Of a DNA stretch of 64,000 bases, positions 18,250 through 28,076 are shown piece by piece (the stretch's first letter is position 1; the number at the start of each line of letters is the position of its first letter). Under the pieces are notes generated by a model. It was given only the letters and a program-made list of their open reading frames with translations. It had not been told where the DNA came from and did no database searches. A program made the position numbers and the translations under genes. The stretch is from Candidatus Levyibacteriota bacterium. GTDB lineage: Bacteria > Patescibacteriota > Microgenomatia > Levybacterales > UBA12049. The stretch is from assembly GCA_003173895.1 (NCBI GenBank), contig PJMG01000006.1, positions 2,820 to 66,819 of the forward strand, in the 5' to 3' direction.

Positions 18250-19032
18250 TTATCTATCTCGTCTCGAAGATAATTGTAGAAAAAGATTATTTTGATCTTC
18301 AGTTTTTCTTAAATCTTGATTTCCAAAGTTCTTAAATGTTATTTGTTTACTAAAATCTCTTCCGTACATTATTATAAATTCCTCTAATGCTATGTGCATT
18401 GGTTTAATATAACCTTCTAACGTATATGCTTCTAATTCAAAAGTTCTACTTGAATCTATCCCGGCTCTATTTTCAACTCTTTGTCTACATATTTCCGGTG
18501 GAACCTGAAGATAAACTAACGTAGTATTTAAAAAAGAATTTTCTGTAATTCTTTTAAAATTAAAATCAAACTTATTCCATTGATTTTCCGTTATTCTACC
18601 ATTATTAAAGTGAGATCTAAGATATGTCCAACTACCAACTAGTCCAAAATCTATAAGAGGTGTTTTATTTTCTAGTTTAGCTTTTTCTATTTGTTCTCGT
18701 AATAAATTTACTCTTTTACTAAATAAACTTATTTCAAAATCAAAAATTATTTGTTGATTTTTGGCTAAATCATCAGCATCAGTATATTTTTTAGTATTTA
18801 TTAAATCCAATGATTTTAAATAGTTTATTCTTTGAATTTCTGGTAAAGTTAAAAAGAGTTCATCTGAAGCAATATTATAAAAATCTGATATTTTACTTAA
18901 TGGCTCATCAATTGTACTCTTACCACTTCCTATATTACCTATTAATAATATAGATGCGTTCGGAGAAAGTGGAGATAACTCTTCTAATCGATTAATCTTT
19001 ATTTCAGAGTATTTCTGCGCATCTATAGCCAT
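18250..19032 (-). CDS. deoxynucleoside kinase family protein
   Basis: P-loop ILLIGNIGSGKST, typical of the dNK/dCK/dGK family; lid-like VPPEICRQRVENRAGIDSSRTFE. Confidence 0.55.
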   Translation of the reverse strand: MAIDAQKYSEIKINRLEELSPLSPNASILLIGNIGSGKSTIDEPLSKISDFYNIASDELFLTLPEIQRINYLKSLDLINTKKYTDADDLAKNQQIIFDFEISLFSKRVNLLREQIEKAKLENKTPLIDFGLVGSWTYLRSHFNNGRITENQWNKFDFNFKRITENSFLNTTLVYLQVPPEICRQRVENRAGIDSSRTFELEAYTLEGYIKPMHIALEEFIIMYGRDFSKQITFKNFGNQDLRKTEDQNNLFLQLSSRRDR

Positions 19033-19072
19033 AAGCGCAAATGTATCATATTATTCTAGGATAAGCAAGGAT

Positions 19073-20590
19073 TTACCTCTTTCTATTATTAATAGTAAAA
19101 AATGATATAACACTGCTTAAAAATGCTAGAGCTGCATTAATTCCCATAGCCCACTTATAACTATTTATAAATGATCTATCAATAATTTCCTTAGCTATCA
19201 TTTTATTTTCCATATTCAAGTTTTTAGGTATATTAATACCTCCTAATTTATTAGCTTGAGATAAAATTATCTGCTTTGTATTTATATTCAAACTTGAATT
19301 TAAGATTTGGGTTTTTAAACTGTTTTCAAAAAGTGATAATGCGATCGCTCCTAATAGTGCTACTGCGAAAAGTCCAGCTATTCTAGCCACAGCATTATTT
19401 ACTCCTGAGGCTGCTCCACTGTATTTTTCATCCACTGCTAGTGCTGATTTAGTTAAAGGCGCGATAACAATCGACATTCCTAAACCAAATAGAATAAGTC
19501 CAGGTAAAATTTGAGTGAAATAATTTACATTTAAACCGACTAGAGTTAATAAAAACATACCAATCGAAACTATAAAAGGCCCTACGATCATAGGAAATCT
19601 TGGGCCTATTTTATCTGCTAAGGTACCACCATATCCTGATAAAAAAGTAATCAATAAAATGCTAGGGAGTGTGGCAAATCCTGCCTCAAGTGGGGTGTAA
19701 CCTTGAATTTGTTGAAGATTTAAAACTAAGAAAAATACTACTCCAGAAAGTGCAAAATATAAAAATAATGTGGCTAAGTTAGCGCCTGTCACAAGTGGTG
19801 ATTTAAAAATACTAAGTGGAACTAATGGTTCTTTTTCTCGAGTTTGCCAGAATATAAAAGTTATAAATAAGATTAAGCCCAATGTTAAACTTACTAATAT
19901 AAATGGATTACTCCATCCTAGATCTGATCCAGAAATAAGCCCATAAGTTAAACCTAAAAGTGAAAGAAAAATTAAAATAGAACCTATTAAATCAATTTTA
20001 GTTGATTCCAGATTTCGACTCTCAGGAATATATTTATAAGCGAGAATCAAGGCAATAATTCCTAATGGAATATTAATATAAAAAATAGATGGCCAATTAA
20101 AATATTGAACTAAGTAGCCTCCTAAAAATGGTCCTAATGCTGCTACTCCACCCGCAAATCCTGACCAGATTCCAATGGCTCTTCCTCTAAAATCTTTTTT
20201 AAATGAAGAATCAATAATACTTAAACTCCCTGGAACCATCATAGCTCCACCAATTCCTTGTAGTGCTCGAAAAAAAGCTAATTCTGTAATGGAAGTGGAA
20301 ATGCTACAAAGAAATGAAGAAAAAATAAAAAGACCAATTCCATACATAAAAATTCTTTTTCTACCAAAACGATCGCCTAAACTACCTGCGATTAAAATAA
20401 GCGAACATAACATTAAAGCATATCCATTAATTACCCACTGGATTTCCGAAAGGCTGGCATTAAGTTTATTTTGCAGTGTAGGAATAGCTATATTAACTAC
20501 AGTCCCATCTAAGAATGCCATTCCAGAAGCTAAAATAGTAGCGATCAATAATAGCTTACCTTCAATATTTTTAGTAGTATATTGTTTCAT
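19073..20590 (-). CDS. MFS transporter, DHA2 (EmrB/QacA) family, 14 TMS
   Basis: GSLGDRFGRKR motif after TM2; about 14 hydrophobic segments; 505 aa. Confidence 0.8.
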   Translation of the reverse strand: MKQYTTKNIEGKLLLIATILASGMAFLDGTVVNIAIPTLQNKLNASLSEIQWVINGYALMLCSLILIAGSLGDRFGRKRIFMYGIGLFIFSSFLCSISTSITELAFFRALQGIGGAMMVPGSLSIIDSSFKKDFRGRAIGIWSGFAGGVAALGPFLGGYLVQYFNWPSIFYINIPLGIIALILAYKYIPESRNLESTKIDLIGSILIFLSLLGLTYGLISGSDLGWSNPFILVSLTLGLILFITFIFWQTREKEPLVPLSIFKSPLVTGANLATLFLYFALSGVVFFLVLNLQQIQGYTPLEAGFATLPSILLITFLSGYGGTLADKIGPRFPMIVGPFIVSIGMFLLTLVGLNVNYFTQILPGLILFGLGMSIVIAPLTKSALAVDEKYSGAASGVNNAVARIAGLFAVALLGAIALSLFENSLKTQILNSSLNINTKQIILSQANKLGGINIPKNLNMENKMIAKEIIDRSFINSYKWAMGINAALAFLSSVISFFTINNRKR

Positions 20591-20591
20591 T

Positions 20592-21866
20592 TTATTTACC
20601 CAAAGTTAAAAACATTCCAATCGCTGCTAAACCCATACCTATAAATGTTATTAATACAAACATATTTGATAACCAACCACTTTTATATTTCCCCATTATT
20701 TTAGAATTGTTACCAATTAGAAAGATTATAAAAATTAGAGGCACTGCCACTACTCCATTTATAACTGCTGTAAAAACTAAAGCTTGAAAGGGATTAATAC
20801 CTATAAAATTAATTAGAAGACCAATTAATGTAGCTATAGTTATAACTCCATAAAATCCATGCGCTCTTTTTAACTTTAGATTTAATCCTTCCCGCCATTT
20901 TACTGCTTCAGAGAATGCGTATGCTCCTGAACCTGCCAAAACTGGCACAGATAATAAACCTAACCCAACAATTCCCACTCCAAAAATCAGTTTAGCCACA
21001 AATCCTGAATTAGGAAAAGTTTTAACTAAGGGTTGAAGAGCTGCTGCCGCATCAGACGCTGTTTTAATATTAGTTACTCCATGACTATTTAAGACAGTTG
21101 CAGCCACTACTATAATAGCCCATGTCGCAATTTCTGAAACGACCATACCTAAAAAGGTATCTATTCTTAAATCTTTTATAAAATGCCAATTAATACGTGG
21201 TTTACCATCCTTTTTTAATAAATGATCTACTCTCTCCTCTTCAGTTTCCTCCGATGCTTGCCAAAAAAACATATAAGGAGAAATCGTAGTTCCCAAAACG
21301 CCAATAATTATAAAGAGAAATTGAAAATTAAACTCAATATGTGGAATAAAAGTAGCTTTTAAAATAGTCATCCATGGTTGTTTAACTATAAAAAGCGTTA
21401 AGGGATAGGCTAAAAGCGAAAGACATAAATACTTTAGAATTTTAGAGTAAACTTTGTAGGAAGTAAAAATCTCTAGAATCAACATGAGTGCAGTAAAAAG
21501 TAGAGTTAAAATTACAAAAGGAACAGGAATGATTAGATTAGTGGCAGCAGCCATAGCACCGATATCCGCACCTATATTAATAGTATTGGCTATAAGTACT
21601 AATAAAACGACTGCGTAAAGAACAGTCTTACTATAATGATCCCTTACTACTGCTGCTATCCCTCGTCCAGTTACTGCACCAATTCTGGCACTGACTTCCT
21701 GAACTGCTGTTTGGAGAGGAAGCATAAATATGGCTGTCCAAAGCTGGCCATAACCAAATTGCGCGCCTGTTTGAGAATATGTAGCAATACCTGATGGATC
21801 ATCATCAGCAGCACCAGTAATAATTCCTGGTCCTAAAATTTTTAATAAATCCTTTAGTTTTTTCAT
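20592..21866 (-). CDS. mntH: Nramp-family divalent metal cation transporter (MntH-like)
   Basis: GPGIITGAADDDPSGIATYSQTGAQFGYGQLW matches the Nramp signature (GPG...DPGNI..QAGAQFGY..LW); about 11 TMS. Confidence 0.75.
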   Translation of the reverse strand: MKKLKDLLKILGPGIITGAADDDPSGIATYSQTGAQFGYGQLWTAIFMLPLQTAVQEVSARIGAVTGRGIAAVVRDHYSKTVLYAVVLLVLIANTINIGADIGAMAAATNLIIPVPFVILTLLFTALMLILEIFTSYKVYSKILKYLCLSLLAYPLTLFIVKQPWMTILKATFIPHIEFNFQFLFIIIGVLGTTISPYMFFWQASEETEEERVDHLLKKDGKPRINWHFIKDLRIDTFLGMVVSEIATWAIIVVAATVLNSHGVTNIKTASDAAAALQPLVKTFPNSGFVAKLIFGVGIVGLGLLSVPVLAGSGAYAFSEAVKWREGLNLKLKRAHGFYGVITIATLIGLLINFIGINPFQALVFTAVINGVVAVPLIFIIFLIGNNSKIMGKYKSGWLSNMFVLITFIGMGLAAIGMFLTLGK

Positions 21867-21951
21867 GGGATTAGTTTAATTGTGGAATACTTAAGAATAA
21901 ATTGCAAGAAAAGGAAAGAGAAAAAAATTGTTTATTAAATTTCTAAAAGAC

Positions 21952-22009
21952 GAGATTCTTCTCTCTCGCCTCGATTCGATTCGGCGAAGCGGGTCGTTCA
22001 GAATGACAA
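21952..22009. repeat. MITE-like family 1 copy, left half, in inverted orientation
   Basis: The reverse complement reads tgtcattctgaacgacccgcttcgccgaatcgaatcgaggcgagagagaagaatctc, about 85% identical to the left half of the 12304 copy. Confidence 0.65.
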
Positions 22010-22014
22010 AGAGT

Positions 22015-22605
22015 TTAGGAGGACATGGTGGTTTCTTCTCTAGCTGTTTTTAACATTTTTGCAAACCATATTAATTGTTCTAACATATTTTTAGCCGTAT
22101 CCTCTGCACTTTCAAAAGCACCAGGTTTTAAATTTCCATTCTCATCTACCATAGTCCAAGAAAAAGGAAAATGAACTCCATTTCGGATAGGTACCATTTG
22201 TAATTCTATGACTACTTGTCTTAATTGCTGTACGGCGCGAGTTCCTGCTGCAATTCCTCCATAACTTATAAAAGCTACTGGTTTATTATGCCATTGGGCA
22301 AAAACATAATCGATAGCATTTTTTAAAACCGCACTGTAACCATGATTATATTCAGGAGTTACCATAATATATGCATCACCCTCACCTATTTTTTCCGCCC
22401 ATTTGGCTGCTAAATCTAAAGTGTATTTTCCTTTAGAAGCATTTGGAGACATAGGTTCATTAAAAAAAGGAAGCGGCCAATTTCTTAAATCAATTAACTC
22501 CGCTTCTACTCCCTCCATTTTAGATAATTTCTCAAAAATCCACTTTGCAGGTTTTTCTGAAAATCTATTTGGTCGAGTCGATCCAATGATTACTTGAATT
22601 TTCAT
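22015..22605 (-). CDS. NADPH-dependent FMN reductase (flavodoxin-like fold oxidoreductase)
   Basis: MKIQVIIGSTRPNRFS...YIMVTPEYNHGYSAVLKNAIDY, typical of the FMN_red family. Confidence 0.75.
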   Translation of the reverse strand: MKIQVIIGSTRPNRFSEKPAKWIFEKLSKMEGVEAELIDLRNWPLPFFNEPMSPNASKGKYTLDLAAKWAEKIGEGDAYIMVTPEYNHGYSAVLKNAIDYVFAQWHNKPVAFISYGGIAAGTRAVQQLRQVVIELQMVPIRNGVHFPFSWTMVDENGNLKPGAFESAEDTAKNMLEQLIWFAKMLKTAREETTMSS

Positions 22606-22716
22606 AAGAATATATTTAAAATATCACTAATACTTTATTTTGTAAAGTACTTACAAAAAATAAAGTATCAACATATAACTATATTAAAAATTAGTAGTAA
22701 ATTATAAACATAAAAT

Positions 22717-23028
22717 ATGATTGATAAAAATGTAAGAGATCAATGTGGTGTAGCTAAAACTTTAAAAATTATGGGTGGTAAATGGACATTTTTAATACTA
22801 CATAATTTATTTGAAGGTAAAAAAAGATTTGGAGAATTAGAAAGATCTATGTTAGGAATCAGTCCCAAAACTCTATCAGAAAGATTAACATTATTAGAAA
22901 AAGAAAAAATAATATCTAAGAAAGTTTTTGCTGAAATTCCTCTTCACGTTGAATATTCATTAACAGAAAAAGGAAAATCATTAAAAAATATATTTAAACA
23001 AATGGCTAAATGGGGAGAAAAAAATTAA
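22717..23028 (+). CDS. HxlR-family transcriptional regulator
   Basis: C....TLKIMGGKWTFLILHNLFEGKKRFGELERSMLGISPKTLSERLTLLEKEKII is the HxlR wHTH pattern. It is divergent from the reductase, which is the classic pairing. Confidence 0.75.
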   Translation: MIDKNVRDQCGVAKTLKIMGGKWTFLILHNLFEGKKRFGELERSMLGISPKTLSERLTLLEKEKIISKKVFAEIPLHVEYSLTEKGKSLKNIFKQMAKWGEKN

Positions 23029-23078
23029 ACAAACAGATGGAGTTTGTATACCATCCGTCTGTTTAGGGAAACACATTG

Positions 23079-23315
23079 TTACATGCCTCCACTATTGTTT
23101 TGATCTGTATCATTCATCATATCGGAACTCTCACTTTGATCAGTAGAAGTTTCTTCAGATGAATTTTGGCTTCTAGCTTGGCCACCTTTTTTACCTAATG
23201 CACTCATATCTTGTTTAGAAGAACTTGCCTTCCCTCCTTTACTAGCAATATCTCTTTGCTTTTGTGGATCCATAGAGCCAAATCCTTTTTTACTATTATC
23301 TGCCATTTTTTTCAC
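23079..23315 (-). CDS. KGG-repeat general stress protein
   Basis: Low complexity, with GKKGG / SKGGKA motifs of the stress-induced KGG family. Confidence 0.55.
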   Translation of the reverse strand: MKKMADNSKKGFGSMDPQKQRDIASKGGKASSSKQDMSALGKKGGQARSQNSSEETSTDQSESSDMMNDTDQNNSGGM

Positions 23316-23398
23316 CCCCTCTCATAACTATAATTTATTAAAAACCAATACGATAAAATATGAATAAAAGTGAGGTAAAGAGTAAGTAAGAAAAGTAG

Positions 23399-23953
23399 TT
23401 ATTTGTAAGGACCTTTTATGATATTTAACTCTCCTCGCCCTATTTCATCAGTATCCATTCCATAACCTTGAACCCAGACATCAGGAATACTAAAACCAAT
23501 ATAATCAGGTATAAATCTAACTTTTCGTCTTTCTGGTTTATCTAAAAGTACAAAAGTTTCAACAGACTTAGGATCTTTTTTAAGAAAAATGTTTTTTACA
23601 AATTCTAAACTTTTTCCAGTATCACAAATATCATCGATTAAAAGTAGATTTCTGTTTTTAATATTAATATCTATATCTAAAATCATTTCTGGCTCTTGAA
23701 TGGCAGTAGTACCGTGCATGTAACTTTTCACTCTTATAAAAGAAAGTTCTATATCTGTTAATCCCATCTTATGAAGTTTAATCAATAGATTAGTAGTTAC
23801 TATAGCAGCACCCTTTAAAATTCCAACGATAATTAATTTTTTATCTTTATATTTTTTAACTAAATCTTTAGCCAATTCATTAATTCTATCTTCAATTTCC
23901 TTCTCAGAAATTATAATTTCACTTATTTTATACTCATCAGGAGTTTTAAACAT
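23399..23953 (-). CDS. hpt: hypoxanthine phosphoribosyltransferase
   Basis: PRPP-binding motif LLLIDDICDTGKSL; size and hood region are typical of HPRT. Confidence 0.8.
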   Translation of the reverse strand: MFKTPDEYKISEIIISEKEIEDRINELAKDLVKKYKDKKLIIVGILKGAAIVTTNLLIKLHKMGLTDIELSFIRVKSYMHGTTAIQEPEMILDIDINIKNRNLLLIDDICDTGKSLEFVKNIFLKKDPKSVETFVLLDKPERRKVRFIPDYIGFSIPDVWVQGYGMDTDEIGRGELNIIKGPYK

Positions 23954-24007
23954 AGCTAGATTATACCAAACTAGCTAAAGAAGTATGAATCAAAATTCTG
24001 TTAAGAG

Positions 24008-24057
24008 AAGGGGTGGCGCGAGTGGAAGGGAACCCGCGACAGGACTCCAGCAGAAGT
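24008..24057. repeat. GC-rich element family 2, short copy (internal-deletion derivative)
   Basis: aaggggtggcgcgagtggaagggaacccgcgacaggactccagcagaag aligns with the two ends of the 3578-3702 copy; intergenic. Confidence 0.5.
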
Positions 24058-24102
24058 TAAGAAAATTACATTACAAAATAATCCAGGATCACAAAATGAA
24101 GT

Positions 24103-24372
24103 TTATGAAAGATCTTTGTCTAGCTCTTCTATATCATCTTCTAAATCCGGTTCTATTTCTTTAGCTTTCTCTTTCATCTTAGTTTTTAAATCAGTTATAT
24201 AACTTTTAGCTTGAGTTTTAGCAGTTTTTAAAGCAGACTTAAGTTTTTGCTGGTTCTTTTTATCCTTTAAAGCTAAAGTCGTAGCTACTGCTATTCCTGC
24301 CCCCACTACAGCTCCTGTCAAACCTACTCCTATTACCCTTCCTTTGTTATTTTTTTCATTTTTATCTATCAT
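24103..24372 (-). CDS. small membrane-anchored hypothetical protein
   Basis: TM segment GVGLTGAVVGAGIAVATTLAL followed by a charged coiled tail. Confidence 0.3.
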   Translation of the reverse strand: MIDKNEKNNKGRVIGVGLTGAVVGAGIAVATTLALKDKKNQQKLKSALKTAKTQAKSYITDLKTKMKEKAKEIEPDLEDDIEELDKDLS

Positions 24373-24388
24373 ACCTACTCACCCCCTA

Positions 24389-24631
24389 TTATCTATGTAT
24401 TAATCTTCCTAAGAAAATTAAAATTGCAGCACCTATTACTGCTACTATTAAACTATATAAATTAAATCCAGTCACACCAGGCGCACCAAAAGCATTAAAT
24501 ATAAATCCACCAATTAATGCTCCTATTATTCCTAAAATTATATCTTCTATAAGCCCATGACTACTTGCCATTATTATATCTGCTAGCCACCCTGCAGCAG
24601 CTCCAAAAATAATCCACAGTAAAATATTCAT
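24389..24631 (-). CDS. GlsB/YeaQ/YmgE family stress-response membrane protein
   Basis: 80 aa; MNILLWIIFGAAAGWLADIIM...GIIGALIGGFI is the hallmark of this family. Confidence 0.7.
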   Translation of the reverse strand: MNILLWIIFGAAAGWLADIIMASSHGLIEDIILGIIGALIGGFIFNAFGAPGVTGFNLYSLIVAVIGAAILIFLGRLIHR

Positions 24632-24706
24632 AAATATATGATATTTGCTTGCTATGAATATTTAATGTTTATTAGGTAATAACTTAGTAAGAGAGTATAT
24701 GAAGTA

Positions 24707-26143
24707 TTAGAATAAATTCCAGAGAGCTTGATTAGTTATCTCGTGATGATAGATGACTTCAGAATTTTTAACTCTAGTTCCTAATTCACGAGGTGAACGA
24801 TCTGCCGCTAGCTGTTTAAAATAGGCATATTTTTCTTTATTATCAGAACCTAAAATTTTTCCTACAAAATCACTTGCTTTGAATAATTTTAAAGCATCAC
24901 TAATAGTTCCAGGTAAAAATCTAAGTCTATCTCGTTTGCTTTCATCCTTTTTTAATTTTTCACCTTCTAAACCTGTTTTAAGTAAAGTATAAAACCATAA
25001 ATATGGATTAGTATCTGGAGCTACTGAGCGAATTTCTATTCTCGCAGTTTTCTGATTTCCTACTGGAATTCTAATCATCGAACCTCGATCAATAGGCGAA
25101 ACTTTTATTTGATTTGGCGCTTCGAAATGTGGATCAAGTCTTCGGTAAGCATTAACACTGGAATTTAAAACTAAACAAATCTCCGGTGCATGATTTAAAA
25201 GTTTTAAAATAAAATCCCAAGCGAGTGGAGATAAACTTTCTTCTCCAGACTTTTCATAAAAAGCATTCCTTCCATTTTTAGACAGGGAAAAATTCGTATG
25301 CATACCACTACCATTAATTCCCATTATGGGTTTGGGTAAAAAAGAAGCAGTCATACCCATTTTATTAGCCACTTGGCGACAAACTAATTTATAAAGTTGA
25401 ATTTGATCAGCAGCACGAACTATATCTGTATAAGAAAAATTCATTTCGAACTGAGATGGTGCTACTTCTGGATGATCTTTTTCATTTTTAAAACCCATGG
25501 CTCTTTGTGCCTCTGCACATGAATCGATAAACTGTCTAAGTTTATCCATAGGAAGTGAATGATAATATCCTCCAGTAGTAATCAGCTTAAACCCAATTTT
25601 TTCATCATACTCTGCCTCAGCATTCATTCCATCCAGTAAAAACCCTTCTATCTCAGCCGAAGCATTTGCAGTAAAACCCTTTTTAGTTTTTAAATCATTG
25701 GCATATTTTTGTAAAAGACCACGAAAATCAGATTCATATTGAGTTTTATCTCTACCTAACACGTTAGCAAACATAATAACTTTCCCAGGGCCAAATAAAT
25801 CAGATGGAAGCCACATAAAACTTCCCCAATCAATAGAAAGTCTCAAGTCAGATTCGCTTTGAGCAGTAAAACCTCGGATAGAAGATCCATCAAAAGTCAA
25901 ATTATCTGAAGAATCGAGTAAAAACTTCTTATCATAATCCAGCATGTGAAATCTACCTTCTATATCGGAAAAACAAAGAGTTATGGCTTTAATTCTTTTC
26001 TCTTTTTTTAAGTATTCTCTATATTCTTCTTCTAATTTTTCTGGAGCAAGAGTAAATCTCTTTTCTTTGGCGGCTAAATTTCTTTCTTCTAACTCATCAT
26101 AAGGAATTTCTAAAAAGTTTTTTAATTTATTTTCCTCAAACAT
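24707..26143 (-). CDS. glnA: glutamine synthetase
   Basis: Beta-grasp domain ITLCFSDIEGRFHMLDY; catalytic-region motifs KPIMGINGSGMHTNFSL and PSQFEMNFSY; 478 aa. Confidence 0.8.
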   Translation of the reverse strand: MFEENKLKNFLEIPYDELEERNLAAKEKRFTLAPEKLEEEYREYLKKEKRIKAITLCFSDIEGRFHMLDYDKKFLLDSSDNLTFDGSSIRGFTAQSESDLRLSIDWGSFMWLPSDLFGPGKVIMFANVLGRDKTQYESDFRGLLQKYANDLKTKKGFTANASAEIEGFLLDGMNAEAEYDEKIGFKLITTGGYYHSLPMDKLRQFIDSCAEAQRAMGFKNEKDHPEVAPSQFEMNFSYTDIVRAADQIQLYKLVCRQVANKMGMTASFLPKPIMGINGSGMHTNFSLSKNGRNAFYEKSGEESLSPLAWDFILKLLNHAPEICLVLNSSVNAYRRLDPHFEAPNQIKVSPIDRGSMIRIPVGNQKTARIEIRSVAPDTNPYLWFYTLLKTGLEGEKLKKDESKRDRLRFLPGTISDALKLFKASDFVGKILGSDNKEKYAYFKQLAADRSPRELGTRVKNSEVIYHHEITNQALWNLF

Positions 26144-26259
26144 AAAATTAATTTAACAATATTTATATTAGTTGTCAATAAGTTTATTATAAATAATTTA
26201 TAAATTAATATAAAAATATATAATCATGAGAAGCAAGCAGATGTATATTTTAAACAGCA

Positions 26260-26319
26260 TTGAAAGTTTGCTTTGTATTAATTTTATAATTTAGCTCAAG
26301 TTTGGTAGCAAACTTTCAA
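26260..26319. promoter_or_regulatory. perfect 13-bp inverted repeat (TTGAAAGTTTGCT ... AGCAAACTTTCAA) with a 34-nt spacer in the glnA upstream region
   Basis: Arms at 26260-26272 and 26307-26319, 117-183 bp upstream of the glnA start. Could be an operator or an RNA hairpin. Confidence 0.35.
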
Positions 26320-26404
26320 GAGCGAGAATGATAACTAAATATTAATTTCAAATAAATGTTTTCGAGTGTCTTTTAAAATATACTCTGCGAGTTTAAAAGC
26401 TAAA

Positions 26405-26426
26405 GGAAATACTCGACAGGACCCCG
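26405..26426. repeat. GC-rich element family 2 fragment (GGAAAtaCTCGACAGGACCCCG)
   Basis: 22/27 identical to 3661-3687. Confidence 0.4.
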
Positions 26427-26504
26427 TGATAATGTTGAACCACTTATCTAAAAAGAATATAATATATTTGGAAAGAGCTAAAAGATTATTAAATTTAGCT
26501 AATC

Positions 26505-27755
26505 ATGAATATTAATAGATCATTTGTGGGGAAAATTGCGCTGGTATTTCTTGGATTGTTTTTAATCCAGTTGGTAATTGGTATTTTTATACTCTACTCT
26601 ATTTCCATGCGCCAAACCCAAACATATCTGCAAAATACTACCAAGCGTATCGAAGATGATATTTCCTATACTAAAAACGGTTGGGATTTATCCAGATATA
26701 ATGCCGATCCTAATGTTCCAGATACATACCCCATTTATATTTTAGGTACTGACGGATATGTCATAGATCGTTGGAAACCTATCCATGGATTTCTGGATAC
26801 CTCAGATATAAAACACTTACTCATATATAATTCCCCACAAACTATAACTACTAGTAGTCAACAAACTTGGAGAATTTATTCCAAACAAATTTTAAATAAC
26901 GGACATTTTCTGGGAGTTATTACTGTAGCTATATATAACCCACAAAAAGATCAAATTAAAAGTCTAGATGAACGACTTTTTGATGCAGTAAATATAATTA
27001 ATTCCAAATTAATTATAAAAAATAATAGTATTGATGTAAGTCAAATTGATAGTCGCGATATTAGTTATGACATTTCTTTTCAAGTGACAGATCAATATAA
27101 TAAAATCGTAGCTAAAAATAACAATACTAATATTATTGATAGACTACCTAATTATATAGATCTAAGTTATATTGGTAGCATTTTAAATAGTCCTCAAACA
27201 CAACAAATCTCTGACTCTAAAACTCAACAAAGATTTCTATTTCTTACTTCTCCTCTAGTTTATAACAATAATATTATGGGTGTATTAGTGGTAGGCAAAT
27301 CAATTTCTGAGATTAATGATTTGGTTAATAGTTTTATACTAGCAGAAACTATTTTAGGACTGATTATTTATAGTTTAGGCACTTTTATATTAATAAAACT
27401 TTCTAGACCTTATTTTACCACTGAAGCAGAAGTAGAAGAGTTTCATGAAGTGAATAAGATAAGCTTTGATAAGAAAACTGGGACTCTTTTATTTGACGCT
27501 ATGGAAATTACTATTCCCTACGCTACCAATCAATATTATATGTGTGAAGCTCTATTTTCTAATCCTAAGAAACACTGGGAAACTGATGAATTATTAGAGA
27601 AATTCGGTGATTTAGATATGGAACATAGTCGAAAGGTATATGATGCTATGGTCATAATTAATAAAAAAGTTCAATCAATTATTGGTGATAAGTTAATTAT
27701 TCTTCACGATAAAGTTTATCAAATAAATCCATTTTTAGCCTCAAAAATCGCTTGA
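26505..27755 (+). CDS. two-TM membrane protein with a possible C-terminal OmpR/PhoB-type winged-helix domain
   Basis: TM segments near the N-terminus and around residue 280. The C-terminus WETDELLEKFGDLDMEHSRKVYDAMVIINKKV resembles a trans_reg_C wing; weak. Confidence 0.3.
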   Translation: MNINRSFVGKIALVFLGLFLIQLVIGIFILYSISMRQTQTYLQNTTKRIEDDISYTKNGWDLSRYNADPNVPDTYPIYILGTDGYVIDRWKPIHGFLDTSDIKHLLIYNSPQTITTSSQQTWRIYSKQILNNGHFLGVITVAIYNPQKDQIKSLDERLFDAVNIINSKLIIKNNSIDVSQIDSRDISYDISFQVTDQYNKIVAKNNNTNIIDRLPNYIDLSYIGSILNSPQTQQISDSKTQQRFLFLTSPLVYNNNIMGVLVVGKSISEINDLVNSFILAETILGLIIYSLGTFILIKLSRPYFTTEAEVEEFHEVNKISFDKKTGTLLFDAMEITIPYATNQYYMCEALFSNPKKHWETDELLEKFGDLDMEHSRKVYDAMVIINKKVQSIIGDKLIILHDKVYQINPFLASKIA

Positions 27756-27820
27756 GTCACAGTTGATTCACTTAGAATCTAACATGATTCACCAGACTTG
27801 TTTATATACTGACATCAATT

Positions 27821-28072
27821 ATGAACAAATTGCTGTCACAATCTTATGCCTTTAACGAAAAAGCTGTAATTTTCCTAGTCGTAATTGGAGCTATTTTTAT
27901 AGTACTAAGTAGTATTTTTATTCAAAAAGAAGATTCACAAAATAATATGCACTATTTATTAGGTAAATTTATTGCTCCTTATTCTGTAAATTTTTCTATT
28001 AAGAATTCTACTACTAGTAAAAGTGGCTGCAAACCAACTTTAGTAGGCAGAGTTATAGTAAATAATTGTTAA
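27821..28072 (+). CDS. small membrane protein
   Basis: 83 aa with one TM segment. Confidence 0.3.
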   Translation: MNKLLSQSYAFNEKAVIFLVVIGAIFIVLSSIFIQKEDSQNNMHYLLGKFIAPYSVNFSIKNSTTSKSGCKPTLVGRVIVNNC

Positions 28073-28076
28073 ATTT

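Noticed and set aside
24008-24057. Reverse strand of family-2 copy read as a tmRNA or tRNA 3' end (GCGGGTTCCCTTCC)
   Set aside because: The T-loop has a pyrimidine where a purine is required. There is no complementary T-stem, and no CCA-proximal acceptor pairing.
26251-26267. GlnR/TnrA-type TGTNA-N7-TNACA box near TGTATATTTTAAACA upstream of glnA
   Set aside because: The fifth position does not fit the consensus in any register.
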